A stretch of DNA of 59,981 nt, the filler included. It is 8 parts of 8 records of this genome, joined end to end, with 100 filler letters (N's around TTAATTAATTAA, not from the genome) between each part and the next. Parts side by side here need not be neighbours in the genome. Positions count along the whole stretch, not along the records: positions 23,610 to 30,947 come from SRR31156797_6856; positions 31,048 to 38,938 come from SRR31156797_6864; 6 more parts are not named here. The stretch is one strand, 5' to 3'. Positions 26,291 to 35,292 of this stretch are shown in pieces. The notes beneath the pieces are model-generated. The model searched no databases and was not told the origin of the DNA. It saw only the letters and a program-made list of their open reading frames with translations. Made by a program: the position numbers and the translations under genes. Position 1 is the stretch's first letter. Each line of letters opens with the position of its first letter.

Positions 26291-28876
26291 CTATGTTGAT
26301 TTTCTTGTTTTTTGCGCATATTCCGAAGGACGGCAACCATACGTTTCCTGGAAACATCTACTCAAATAACTGGCACTACTAAAACCAACTTTTTCGGCAA
26401 TCTCGGTAATGTTGAATTTTTCTTCCAATAATAGTTGTGCAGCCTTTTGTAAACGAATACCTCTGATAAATAATGAGGGTGATTTATCCAGTAAACTAAT
26501 TAATTTTCGATACAGCCCTGTACGATCCATACATAAGTCACGGCTTAATTGCTCTACAGAGTAATCCGGTGTATTTAAATTTTCTTCAACCAGAGCAATT
26601 GCTTTTGACAAGAATTCAGAATCGATGGAATTTAATTCATTATTCGTATCAGATATGTTTGATTCCGCATCTGATTCCTCCCATGAAGTATTCTTTTCAG
26701 CTTCAAGTTTGTTGTATTGTTCAATTAAATTCCGAATTCTGAGTAAGAGTATTTCTTCACGGTGTTGGCGTTGAAGCTTTTTTCGGGAGAGATAATTATA
26801 TAAGAAAATACCGCTTGACACTAATATGAGAACAAAAATAAGGTATAACACATAAGCAGTTCGTGTTTTCCACCAAGGTGCATGAATGGTTATTTTAAGT
26901 AAAGTAGGCTTTTTATCCCATTGGTTGTTATTGTCAGAAGCCATCACTTTGAACAGGTATTTTCCGGGAGGTAGATTGGTATAGGAAACTTGTAGTTTAC
27001 CTTTTTTGCCAATTTGGTTGTTATCAGCATAGCTTTCTACCCATTCATTATCCAAACCCATAAGTTGGTATCTATATCGCGTTTGATGTGAGTTAAGATA
27101 ATTAAGAGCGGAAAATTCCAGTTTTATAAAGTTTTGCTTGTAAGATAAGTCGAGTGCAGTAGTGTATGGCGCAGTTTTGGTTAATATAATACGCCCATCG
27201 TATAAATTGCCAATCTCTACTTTTTCCCCTTTTAAATATAATTTTGTGAATATGGGTTTGAAAGGTAAGGGTGCTAAAGGTTTAATATGGTCGGGTTTTA
27301 ATATATTAAAACCATTTACCCCGCCAAAATATAGAGTTCCATCACTAGCTTCATAAACGGCACCATTTACATATTCTCCATCCAGCGTGCCATCTAAGGG
27401 GTTAAAATTTAAGAATTGGACTTTATTACTTATGGAGTCAGGCAAGATCTTTGAAATTCCATAACTGGTTGTTATCCACAATTGATGATTACTATCTTCA
27501 ATTAAGCCGTGAATAAAATTATTTGTTAAGCCATCTTCTGTATAATATGTTTTCTCCACCTGACTACCCGGTTTGTATAATTTTAAACCATCCTTTGTTC
27601 CAAACCATTTCCAAGCTCTTGAATCTTTTAGAGAACAAGTAAAGTCATTATTAGAAGAAGTATATTCTTTTGTAAGGAATAATTTACGGTGTACTTCATC
27701 GGATATAGAACTTAAATCAACCCGTTTTATTTCATGATTATGCAAAGCCATGGAATCAAGTTTGTACACCTGCGATTGGCTTTTGATATAAATATTTCCA
27801 TGTTTATCTTCAGCAAAGTTCTCAATAAGAATATCTCCGTAGGGCCGATTTTGAAAGTAGGAACGGCCAATATATGAAAAACGATATCTGTGCGGATGAT
27901 AATATAAGAGTCCCTGATTAAATGTGCCCAACCACAAGCCTCCTTGTTTATCCTGAAAAGCGGTACTTATTTCTGTTTGGATTGTTTGACCGTCAACGGT
28001 TTTCAATTCAGGATAGAATTGTTTATGTCCATTCATGAGGTTGATGATCCATATTCCATTTTTACAAGTGATATATGCAGTATTGTCATTGGGGACAATC
28101 AAAGTATTTAAAGTGTAGTTGGTTTCAAGTAGTTTTTTCCAACTTCGGTTTATGGTATCGAAGAATAAAAACACACCATTGCTTCCATTTCGTAATTGGT
28201 AAATACCGTTATCTCCCTTTACAATTAAAGAAGTATTGTTATAAAGTTTACTTTCTTGCTTAGAATAGGCAGAAACTGAATAGCTTTTATTTTGAGTTTG
28301 CAAATCATGACAAGCAACATCCCCATTACTATAAAATAAATATAAATGATTCTTGTCTGAAGTAAGATCCTGTAAATTACTTCGATTCGTTGAAATATCC
28401 AGTAAAATTTGAGTGTCTGGATTAAATAAACCTTCAGTTGTTAATATCCACCATCTATGCTCCGAATCAACAAAAAAGTCTGTAACATGTTGGTCAATTC
28501 CACGGCTGCTAAAGTATTGCTTTAAATTGGGGATGTACTGTTCTTTATGCAGATTCACACACATTAGTTTGTGTGTATCCTTTATCCAAAGGAGTGAGTC
28601 TTCTGATTGGTAAATACGGTAGTGACCCTTATAATTCTTTAACTGATATATATTCTCCGTAGTTCTGTGAATATACTTTATGTTGGTTCCATCGTATATG
28701 TTTAAGTTACCACTGGTTGTAAAAACCATCCTTCCGTCCGGTAACTGTAATATGTATCGTATCTGATTATCACTTAAGCCATGAGAAACGTTGATTGGAG
28801 AAAATAAAAAATTGGCATCTGATACCTGAGTAAGCACAAAAAGACAAATTGTAATGATCCACCTTAAACGATTCAT
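26291..28876 (-). CDS. HTCS-like membrane sensor/AraC regulator lacking kinase and receiver domains
   Basis: Reg_prop beta-propeller repeats (GLSDNQI, QDKQGGLWLGT, DGLTNNFI), a Y_Y_Y domain (YTNLPPGKY) and a TM after PWWKT, followed directly by an AraC HTH. Confidence 0.88.
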   Translation of the reverse strand: MNRLRWIITICLFVLTQVSDANFLFSPINVSHGLSDNQIRYILQLPDGRMVFTTSGNLNIYDGTNIKYIHRTTENIYQLKNYKGHYRIYQSEDSLLWIKDTHKLMCVNLHKEQYIPNLKQYFSSRGIDQHVTDFFVDSEHRWWILTTEGLFNPDTQILLDISTNRSNLQDLTSDKNHLYLFYSNGDVACHDLQTQNKSYSVSAYSKQESKLYNNTSLIVKGDNGIYQLRNGSNGVFLFFDTINRSWKKLLETNYTLNTLIVPNDNTAYITCKNGIWIINLMNGHKQFYPELKTVDGQTIQTEISTAFQDKQGGLWLGTFNQGLLYYHPHRYRFSYIGRSYFQNRPYGDILIENFAEDKHGNIYIKSQSQVYKLDSMALHNHEIKRVDLSSISDEVHRKLFLTKEYTSSNNDFTCSLKDSRAWKWFGTKDGLKLYKPGSQVEKTYYTEDGLTNNFIHGLIEDSNHQLWITTSYGISKILPDSISNKVQFLNFNPLDGTLDGEYVNGAVYEASDGTLYFGGVNGFNILKPDHIKPLAPLPFKPIFTKLYLKGEKVEIGNLYDGRIILTKTAPYTTALDLSYKQNFIKLEFSALNYLNSHQTRYRYQLMGLDNEWVESYADNNQIGKKGKLQVSYTNLPPGKYLFKVMASDNNNQWDKKPTLLKITIHAPWWKTRTAYVLYLIFVLILVSSGIFLYNYLSRKKLQRQHREEILLLRIRNLIEQYNKLEAEKNTSWEESDAESNISDTNNELNSIDSEFLSKAIALVEENLNTPDYSVEQLSRDLCMDRTGLYRKLISLLDKSPSLFIRGIRLQKAAQLLLEEKFNITEIAEKVGFSSASYLSRCFQETYGCRPSEYAQKTRKST

Positions 28877-29014
28877 AAAGATTTAACCTTTGGTTATGGG
28901 CTTTAAAGGTATTGAAGTGCAGGCTTTATTCAATAGATAAATACATTAAATTGTTATTTAATCTCTATATTTGATTTGCTTCAAGTAAATTAACAAACCT
29001 AAATTTAAGAGAGC

Positions 29015-29902
29015 ATGCAAAACCCAGCTTATTTTACTCAATTGCATAAACCGGGAACTAAAAAACGATTTCTTCTATCTGGTTTATTTCTTTTGTTTTC
29101 AGTTATAGTATTTAGTCAAAGTTTTGATTTAAGCAGCCATTGGACCGAAATTACAACTAGTGTTTTTGATGAGACGATGGAGGAAATTAACGACTTTAAA
29201 TTGCAAGGTGACACTGTTTTGAATGAGCAAACCTACAGAAAGCTATACCGGAATGGTATTTTCTTGATGGGGCTAAGAAACTCTGACGATAATAAGGTAT
29301 ACGTATGTTTGGGTAAAGATGAACAGGAGTATTTGTTATATGATTTTGATTGGTCAGTTGGAAAAGTTTTACAAGGTCAAATGTATGGAGAAGATGGTTA
29401 TTTTACCAGTGCAACAATAGAAGAAATAAATTCTATTCAACTCTTGGATGGGAATACTTACGATTGTATCAGAGATCATGAAGACGAGGTTTTTTTAATT
29501 CAGGGAATAGGTGATCTAAAAGGATTTTTATTTGGATTTTCTGGTGTTACATACTGTGGTTGTTTTACAGAAACCCTTTGTTTTTATAAAGGTTCGAAGT
29601 TAGTCTATAGTAACCCAAAATATAACTATTGCGGAACAACGGCATTGAAACAAGTAAAATGCAATAAACCACTTAGAATATATCCCATTCCTTCCAGAGG
29701 ATCGGTTACACTTGAGCTACCCCAAGATGAAATAACAGATTGGGTAAATGTGTATGGTGCTAATGGCGTTTTGGTGCAAAGCCAAAAAGTAAAGAATCAG
29801 GGAAATATACAGATAGAACAACTGCAACCTGGGCTGTACATATGTCAGGTGTTGTTTAAAAGTGGAAAAGTAAAGGTGAGTGAGTTTGTTGTTTTAGATT
29901 AA
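29015..29902 (+). CDS. Secreted protein with T9SS type A C-terminal sorting domain
   Basis: Hydrophobic signal region and a C-terminal IYPIP...LQPGLYI...FVV pattern. Confidence 0.8.
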   Translation: MQNPAYFTQLHKPGTKKRFLLSGLFLLFSVIVFSQSFDLSSHWTEITTSVFDETMEEINDFKLQGDTVLNEQTYRKLYRNGIFLMGLRNSDDNKVYVCLGKDEQEYLLYDFDWSVGKVLQGQMYGEDGYFTSATIEEINSIQLLDGNTYDCIRDHEDEVFLIQGIGDLKGFLFGFSGVTYCGCFTETLCFYKGSKLVYSNPKYNYCGTTALKQVKCNKPLRIYPIPSRGSVTLELPQDEITDWVNVYGANGVLVQSQKVKNQGNIQIEQLQPGLYICQVLFKSGKVKVSEFVVLD

Positions 29903-29930
29903 GAGGATCAGTTTCCAAAAATTAATGTTA

Positions 29931-30024
29931 CCTGTTCCTTTCTCCCTGTTCCTTTCTGCTAACTGCAAACTGTTTACTGCTAACTGATCACTGTTTACTG
30001 TTTACAGAAGCCTGTTCCCTGTTC
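29931..30024. repeat. Degenerate heptamer tandem-repeat tract
   Basis: Ten in-register 7-mers from 29955 (TCTGCTA ACTGCAA ACTGTTT ACTGCTA ACTGATC ACTGTTT ACTGTTT ACAGAAG CCTGTTC CCTGTTC), preceded by further CCTGTTC units. Confidence 0.75.
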
Positions 30025-30778
30025 ATTTGTCCAACCAATCCTTAAATTTAGAAGACTTAGCGGTACTGACCAATACATCTTCATTGGCTTGCGGTTCTAG
30101 TTTTAGTTTAATGCGACTCTTTGATAAAACGGAAATATTAGTGATGGCATCAAAACTCACCAGGAATTGTCGGCTTACTCTAAAAAAGGTTTCAGGAGAA
30201 AGCAATTGTTCCAGCTTATCCAGTGAAAAATCAATGGGTAGGTATTGGTTTTCTTTGGTGACGAGGTATGTGCTTCGGTCTTCAGAAGTAAACCAGGCAA
30301 TATTTTCGGTGTTAATGGTTTTAATTTTGTGCCCTACATTTACCACAAACCTCTTTTTATAACTTTTTTCGCCCGAACCTAAAACCTGTTTTAATAGATC
30401 TAAATCCACGTTAGAATTTTTAGAGGAGAAGTGCCTGAATTTATCGAGGCTCTTCAGCAACTTATTTTCATCAATGGGCTTTAAAAGGTAATCGATGCTG
30501 TTTAAGTCAAAAGCACGAATGGCGTATTCATCGTAAGCGGTGGTGAAAATGATAAAACTATCAACCTGAATGCGCTCAAATATCTCGAAGCTTAAACCAT
30601 CTGCCAACTGAATATCTAAAAATATAAGAGGAGGATGGGGGTTGTTTTTTAACCACTCAACAGCCGATTCAACGGAGTCAATTTTTTCCAGTACTTCTAT
30701 TTTATCATCTAGTTTTAAAAGCAGTTTTTCCAGTCGGTCTGCTGCTCTGAACTCATCTTCAATAATAATGGTTTGCAT
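30023..30778 (-). CDS. LytR/AlgR-family response regulator
   Basis: REC domain (IIEDE, FLDIQL, TTAY, YLLKP) plus LytTR domain (FFRVSRQ). Start taken at MQTII. Confidence 0.93.
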   Translation of the reverse strand: MQTIIIEDEFRAADRLEKLLLKLDDKIEVLEKIDSVESAVEWLKNNPHPPLIFLDIQLADGLSFEIFERIQVDSFIIFTTAYDEYAIRAFDLNSIDYLLKPIDENKLLKSLDKFRHFSSKNSNVDLDLLKQVLGSGEKSYKKRFVVNVGHKIKTINTENIAWFTSEDRSTYLVTKENQYLPIDFSLDKLEQLLSPETFFRVSRQFLVSFDAITNISVLSKSRIKLKLEPQANEDVLVSTAKSSKFKDWLDK

Positions 30779-30850
30779 GGCAATTGATTTGTTTTGGTTT
30801 AGTTTATCAAATACAAGAGCAGGTAAATAAAGTCCTAATAAACTCATGTT

Positions 30851-30928
30851 TTAAGGAATTAGCGGTGTGGTAATTTTAAAATAATCATCAGTATCTACCA
30901 CCTTTATTTCTTGTTGGGTCACTAGCCT
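30851..30928 (-). CDS. C-terminal tail of a LytS-type histidine kinase (truncated)
   Basis: Reads RLVTQQEIKVVDTDDYFKITTPLIP*, directly upstream of the LytTR response regulator. Confidence 0.6.
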   Translation of the reverse strand, partial: RLVTQQEIKVVDTDDYFKITTPLIP

Positions 30929-30947
30929 CCGAAAGTTTTAGAGAAAT

Positions 30948-31047
30948 NNNNNNNNNNNNNNNNNNNNNNNNNNNNNNNNNNNNNNNNNNNNTTAATTAAT
31001 TAANNNNNNNNNNNNNNNNNNNNNNNNNNNNNNNNNNNNNNNNNNNN
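30948..31047. other. Artificial contig linker
   Basis: N44-TTAATTAATTAA-N44. Confidence 0.99.
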
Positions 31048-32397
31048 ATATTAATAGTAGACGACAACAAAAGCATTATCAGCACATTGGAGATTTTGCT
31101 GGGGCCGGAGTTTGACGAAGTAAAAGGAATCACCAATCCAAACCGGATTCCGGAAGAGTTACGAACAGGAGATTATAACCTGGTTATTCTTGATATGAAC
31201 TTTCAGGCGGGGATAAATACCGGAAATGAAGGTTTATACTGGCTGAATCAAATTAAAAAAAGCTACCCCGATATTTCGGTAGTTCTAATAACGGCTTACA
31301 GCGAGGTGGAGTTGGCCGTAAAAGCGCTAAAACAGGGAGCTACTGATTTTGTTCCCAAACCCTGGGAAAACAGCAAGTTACAGGCAACGGTTAAGGCCGC
31401 TGTTCAACTTAACTTTTCAAAAACGGAAGTTGTCCAATTGAAACAAAAGGAACAACAACTGAAGGAAGAGCTAAATCGGGAACATAAATACATCTTAGGT
31501 TCTTCGCCCCAGCTGATGAAGGTTTTAAACATGGTTAGAAAAGTGGCAAAAACCAATGCCAATATTCTAATTACGGGGGAAAATGGCACGGGTAAAGAGT
31601 TAATTGCCCGCGAAATTCATCGATTATCGCAACGCAACCGGGAAGTTATGGTAAGTGTAGACATGGGAGCCATTAGCGAAACACTTTTCGAAAGCGAACT
31701 TTTTGGCCATGTAAAAGGAGCTTTTACTGATGCCCGCGAGAACCGCGCCGGAAAATTTGAAACCGCACATAAGGGTACTCTTTTTCTGGATGAAATTGGC
31801 AACCTTTCGTTTCATCTTCAGGCCAAACTGCTGGCGGCCATTCAAAACAGAGAATTTATGCGACTTGGCTCCGACAAACCCATTCCTGTTGATATACGTT
31901 TGGTTTGTGCCACCAATAAAAACCTGGAACAGATGGTAAGCGACGGACTTTTCCGCGAAGACCTTTTATACCGCATAAACACCATTCAAATTGAAGTGCC
32001 TCCTTTACGCGAACGAGGAGATGACATTATTGTTTTGGCCGATTTTTTTCTAAAAAAGTTTTCGGGGAAATACGAAAAACACGGACTAAAAATAAACCAG
32101 GCCGCACAGGAAAAACTACAAAAATACCCTTGGCCCGGAAACATACGCGAACTACAGCACACCATCGAAAAAGCCGTAATCTTAAACGATTCGAATGTAT
32201 TAAAACCTGAAGATTTCTTTTTCAGACAGCTGATTTCGGCAAAATTTGAAGAAGAACACCTTACTATCGAAGAAATGGAGAAACGAATGATTCTTTCAGC
32301 CATTGAAAAACATGACGGAAATATGAGCATGGCCGCAGAGAAGCTGGGTGTTACGCGCCAAACCCTTTATAACAAAATGAAAAAATACGGCTTATGA
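31048..32397 (+). CDS. NtrC-type response regulator (REC-AAA+-Fis HTH), 5'-truncated
   Basis: The frame is open from the edge (ILIVDDN). It has [35 protein letters not shown] and an HTH. Confidence 0.95.
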   Translation: MLIVDDNKSIISTLEILLGPEFDEVKGITNPNRIPEELRTGDYNLVILDMNFQAGINTGNEGLYWLNQIKKSYPDISVVLITAYSEVELAVKALKQGATDFVPKPWENSKLQATVKAAVQLNFSKTEVVQLKQKEQQLKEELNREHKYILGSSPQLMKVLNMVRKVAKTNANILITGENGTGKELIAREIHRLSQRNREVMVSVDMGAISETLFESELFGHVKGAFTDARENRAGKFETAHKGTLFLDEIGNLSFHLQAKLLAAIQNREFMRLGSDKPIPVDIRLVCATNKNLEQMVSDGLFREDLLYRINTIQIEVPPLRERGDDIIVLADFFLKKFSGKYEKHGLKINQAAQEKLQKYPWPGNIRELQHTIEKAVILNDSNVLKPEDFFFRQLISAKFEEEHLTIEEMEKRMILSAIEKHDGNMSMAAEKLGVTRQTLYNKMKKYGL

Positions 32398-33746
32398 TTA
32401 GCAAAAATCTATACATCCAGATTCTTCTCCGGGTTTTGTTAATGGTACTTACTGCCCTGGTTTTTGCCTGGAGTATTTTTGAAGGCAACACTCCAGTAGT
32501 TTCTGTTATTCCTGCACTGGTGCTGCTTATTGCTACCATCAACCTCATCTATTTTCTGAATCGGATTAACCGGCGTATCTACTACTTTTTCGACGCTATA
32601 AAAAACGAAGATTCAACGCTCCTATTTCCCAAAAATAGCTCCAACAAAATAATCAACGATATTAACCAAAGCCTGGTAAAGGTGAACAAACAAATTCAAC
32701 AGATTTATGTTGAAAACCGTCAGCAGGAACAATACTTTCAGGCTTTGCTCGAACATGCAGCTACGGGCATGTTTACCTTCAATAAAAAAGGATTTATTTT
32801 GCATTCGAACAAACTGGCAAAACAACTTTTTTCGGTTGAAGTACTAACCCACATCAATCAGTTTGAAAGAATTGATCCAAGGCTTTTTCTTACCGTTAAA
32901 GAGATCCAGTCGAACGAACAACGTTTAATCACCATTCACAACAAATCAGGAGTAATTCAGTTGTTGATCAAATCTAATTCCTTCATATCAGACAAAGAAG
33001 AGTTAATGCTGGTTTCTATTCATGATATTAAAAACCAACTGGATGAAAAAGAACTTGATTCGTGGCGAAAACTTATACGGGTAATGATGCACGAAATTAT
33101 GAATTCAATTACACCGGTTACATCTTTATCCGAAAGTCTGGCAAACTATTTTTATGACAACGGAAAAGAAAAAACGCCTGACCAAATTGATGAAAAAACA
33201 ATAAAAACCACCATACGTGGTCTTGAAGTAATTCGGGAACAAGGAAAAGGACTTATAAATTTTGTTGAATCGTACCGAAAAATAACCCGATTGCCTACAC
33301 CCGAAAAGAAAATATTCCCGGTTAAAAACCTGATTGATAATATCCGTATACTTTCTTCATCTTTCGAAAATGCAGAAAACATTAAAATAAGATACAACGT
33401 TATTCCCGAAGAATTAGAGTTGCATGCCGACGAAAAACAAATTGCTCAGGTGTTGATCAATCTGGTGAAGAACGCTATTCAGGCGAATGAAAACAATACA
33501 AATGCACAAATAATAGTTGAAGCAACATTAACAGAAAATGGCCACCCTGAATTAAAGGTGAGCGACAATGGTCCTGGAATACCAGGTGAATTGATGGATA
33601 AAATATTTGTTCCTTTTTTTACCACCAAAGAGTCAGGATCGGGTATTGGATTAAGCATCTCGCGACAAATTATGCAAATGCATGGGGGTCGATTAAAAAT
33701 TACTTCTGAACCGGGTAAAACGACAAGTGCTGTTTTATATTTCTAA
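32394..33746 (+). CDS. Sensor histidine kinase (NtrY-like)
   Basis: Two TMs, a PAS-like region, H-box HEIMNS, N-box NLVKNA, DNGPG and GSGIGL. Confidence 0.93.
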   Translation: MISKNLYIQILLRVLLMVLTALVFAWSIFEGNTPVVSVIPALVLLIATINLIYFLNRINRRIYYFFDAIKNEDSTLLFPKNSSNKIINDINQSLVKVNKQIQQIYVENRQQEQYFQALLEHAATGMFTFNKKGFILHSNKLAKQLFSVEVLTHINQFERIDPRLFLTVKEIQSNEQRLITIHNKSGVIQLLIKSNSFISDKEELMLVSIHDIKNQLDEKELDSWRKLIRVMMHEIMNSITPVTSLSESLANYFYDNGKEKTPDQIDEKTIKTTIRGLEVIREQGKGLINFVESYRKITRLPTPEKKIFPVKNLIDNIRILSSSFENAENIKIRYNVIPEELELHADEKQIAQVLINLVKNAIQANENNTNAQIIVEATLTENGHPELKVSDNGPGIPGELMDKIFVPFFTTKESGSGIGLSISRQIMQMHGGRLKITSEPGKTTSAVLYF

Positions 33747-33858
33747 TTCCTTCTGTCTGTTTTTGAAAGGCTCAGGTTAGTAAAAAGATAGCCTCTTCAA
33801 TGATAAGATAGTCCATCATTTAGCGAAATTGCTTATTTAAAAACTACTTGTCTGACAC

Positions 33859-33866
33859 TACTTTTG
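33859..33866 (+). promoter_or_regulatory. Bacteroidota sigma-A -7 element for the sugar operon
   Basis: TACTTTTG 23 nt upstream of the porter ATG. Confidence 0.55.
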
Positions 33867-33889
33867 CAAGATCTAAATCATTTTACTTT

Positions 33890-35281
33890 ATGAAACCGAT
33901 AAAAGTAAACAAACCATTTATTCTGAGAATTACCCTGGTATCAGCCATGGGCGGATTACTATTTGGTTACGACTGGGTAGTAATAGGTGGAGCCAAACCC
34001 TTTTATGAGCGTTTTTTCGAAATTTCACAATCAGCAAACCTTCAGGGCTGGGCCATGAGTAGTGCACTGATTGGTTGTTTGTTTGGTGCGCTTTCCTCCG
34101 GTTATTTCTCCGACCGATACGGCAGAAAAATACCTTTAATACTTGCGGCTGTTCTGTTTACAGTCTCCGCCATCGGAACTGGAGCAGTCAATCATTTTAC
34201 ACCTTTTATCGTTTATCGTTTGGTGGGTGGTTTGGCCATTGGAATGGCATCGGCTATCTCACCTATGTACATCGCCGAAATTGCTCCGGCGCAAATGCGC
34301 GGGCGTTTGGTGGCCGTTAATCAGCTAACCATCGTAATTGGTATTCTTGCTGCTCAGATAATCAATTATTTAATTGCCGAAAAAGTTCCGGATAATGCCA
34401 CAGATGAATTTATCGCCCAATCGTGGAATGGACAAATGGGTTGGCGTTGGATGTTTTGGGCTGAAACCGTTCCGGCGGCGGCATTTTTTCTGTTGGCTTG
34501 TTTTATTCCTGAAAGCCCTCGTTTTTTGGCCAAGATCGGTAAAGCCGAAGAATCAATAAAAATTTTAGAGAAAATTGGTGGAGTGGCTTATGCCCAATCC
34601 GAAGAACAAAACATCGCCGAAACGCTAAACCATACCGAAACAAAAATTGATTGGAAAGCACTTAAAGCTAAGAAAATACGTCCGGTATTGATTTTAGGAA
34701 TCGTACTTGCCTTTTTTCAACAATGGTGTGGTATTAACGTTATTTTTAATTATGCCGAGGAAGTTTTTACCTCGGCAGGCTATTCCGTTTCCGATATGCT
34801 TTTGAATATTGTAATTACCGGTACGGTAAACCTGGTGTTTACACTGGTGGCCATGCGAATTGTTGATAATTGGGGTCGTAGAAAAATGATGTTGCTGGGA
34901 GCTTCTTCATTGGCCATCATTTACACTTTTTTGGGCACCAGTTATTATTTTCAAATACAGGGACTCTCCATCCTTATTCTGGTTGTATGTGCCATTGCAT
35001 TTTATGCCCTAACCCTGGCACCGGTAACCTGGGTGGTTCTTTCCGAAATTTTTCCAAACCGCATTCGTGGAGCGGCCATGGCCATTGCCACTACTGCACT
35101 TTGGATCGCATCTTTTATTTTAACCTATACCTTTCCTCTTTTAAACAAAACACTCCATGCTTCCGGCACCTTTTGGCTTTATGCTTCCATATGTTTAGCC
35201 GGTTTTATATTTATTCTGAAAAAGCTACCTGAAACTAAAGGAAAAAGTCTTGAAGAAATTGAGAAAACAATAACAAACTAA
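33890..35281 (+). CDS. Sugar porter family MFS transporter (XylE/AraE-like)
   Basis: GGLLFGYD, DRYGRK, PESPR, QQWCGIN and PETKGKSLE. Confidence 0.95.
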   Translation: MKPIKVNKPFILRITLVSAMGGLLFGYDWVVIGGAKPFYERFFEISQSANLQGWAMSSALIGCLFGALSSGYFSDRYGRKIPLILAAVLFTVSAIGTGAVNHFTPFIVYRLVGGLAIGMASAISPMYIAEIAPAQMRGRLVAVNQLTIVIGILAAQIINYLIAEKVPDNATDEFIAQSWNGQMGWRWMFWAETVPAAAFFLLACFIPESPRFLAKIGKAEESIKILEKIGGVAYAQSEEQNIAETLNHTETKIDWKALKAKKIRPVLILGIVLAFFQQWCGINVIFNYAEEVFTSAGYSVSDMLLNIVITGTVNLVFTLVAMRIVDNWGRRKMMLLGASSLAIIYTFLGTSYYFQIQGLSILILVVCAIAFYALTLAPVTWVVLSEIFPNRIRGAAMAIATTALWIASFILTYTFPLLNKTLHASGTFWLYASICLAGFIFILKKLPETKGKSLEEIEKTITN

Positions 35282-35292
35282 ATCTGCTAAAT

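Noticed and set aside
31700-31740. GAFTDA instead of GAFTGA as a novel feature
   Set aside because: From recollection this is a common variant in Bacteroidota NtrC-like regulators and is not distinctive alone.
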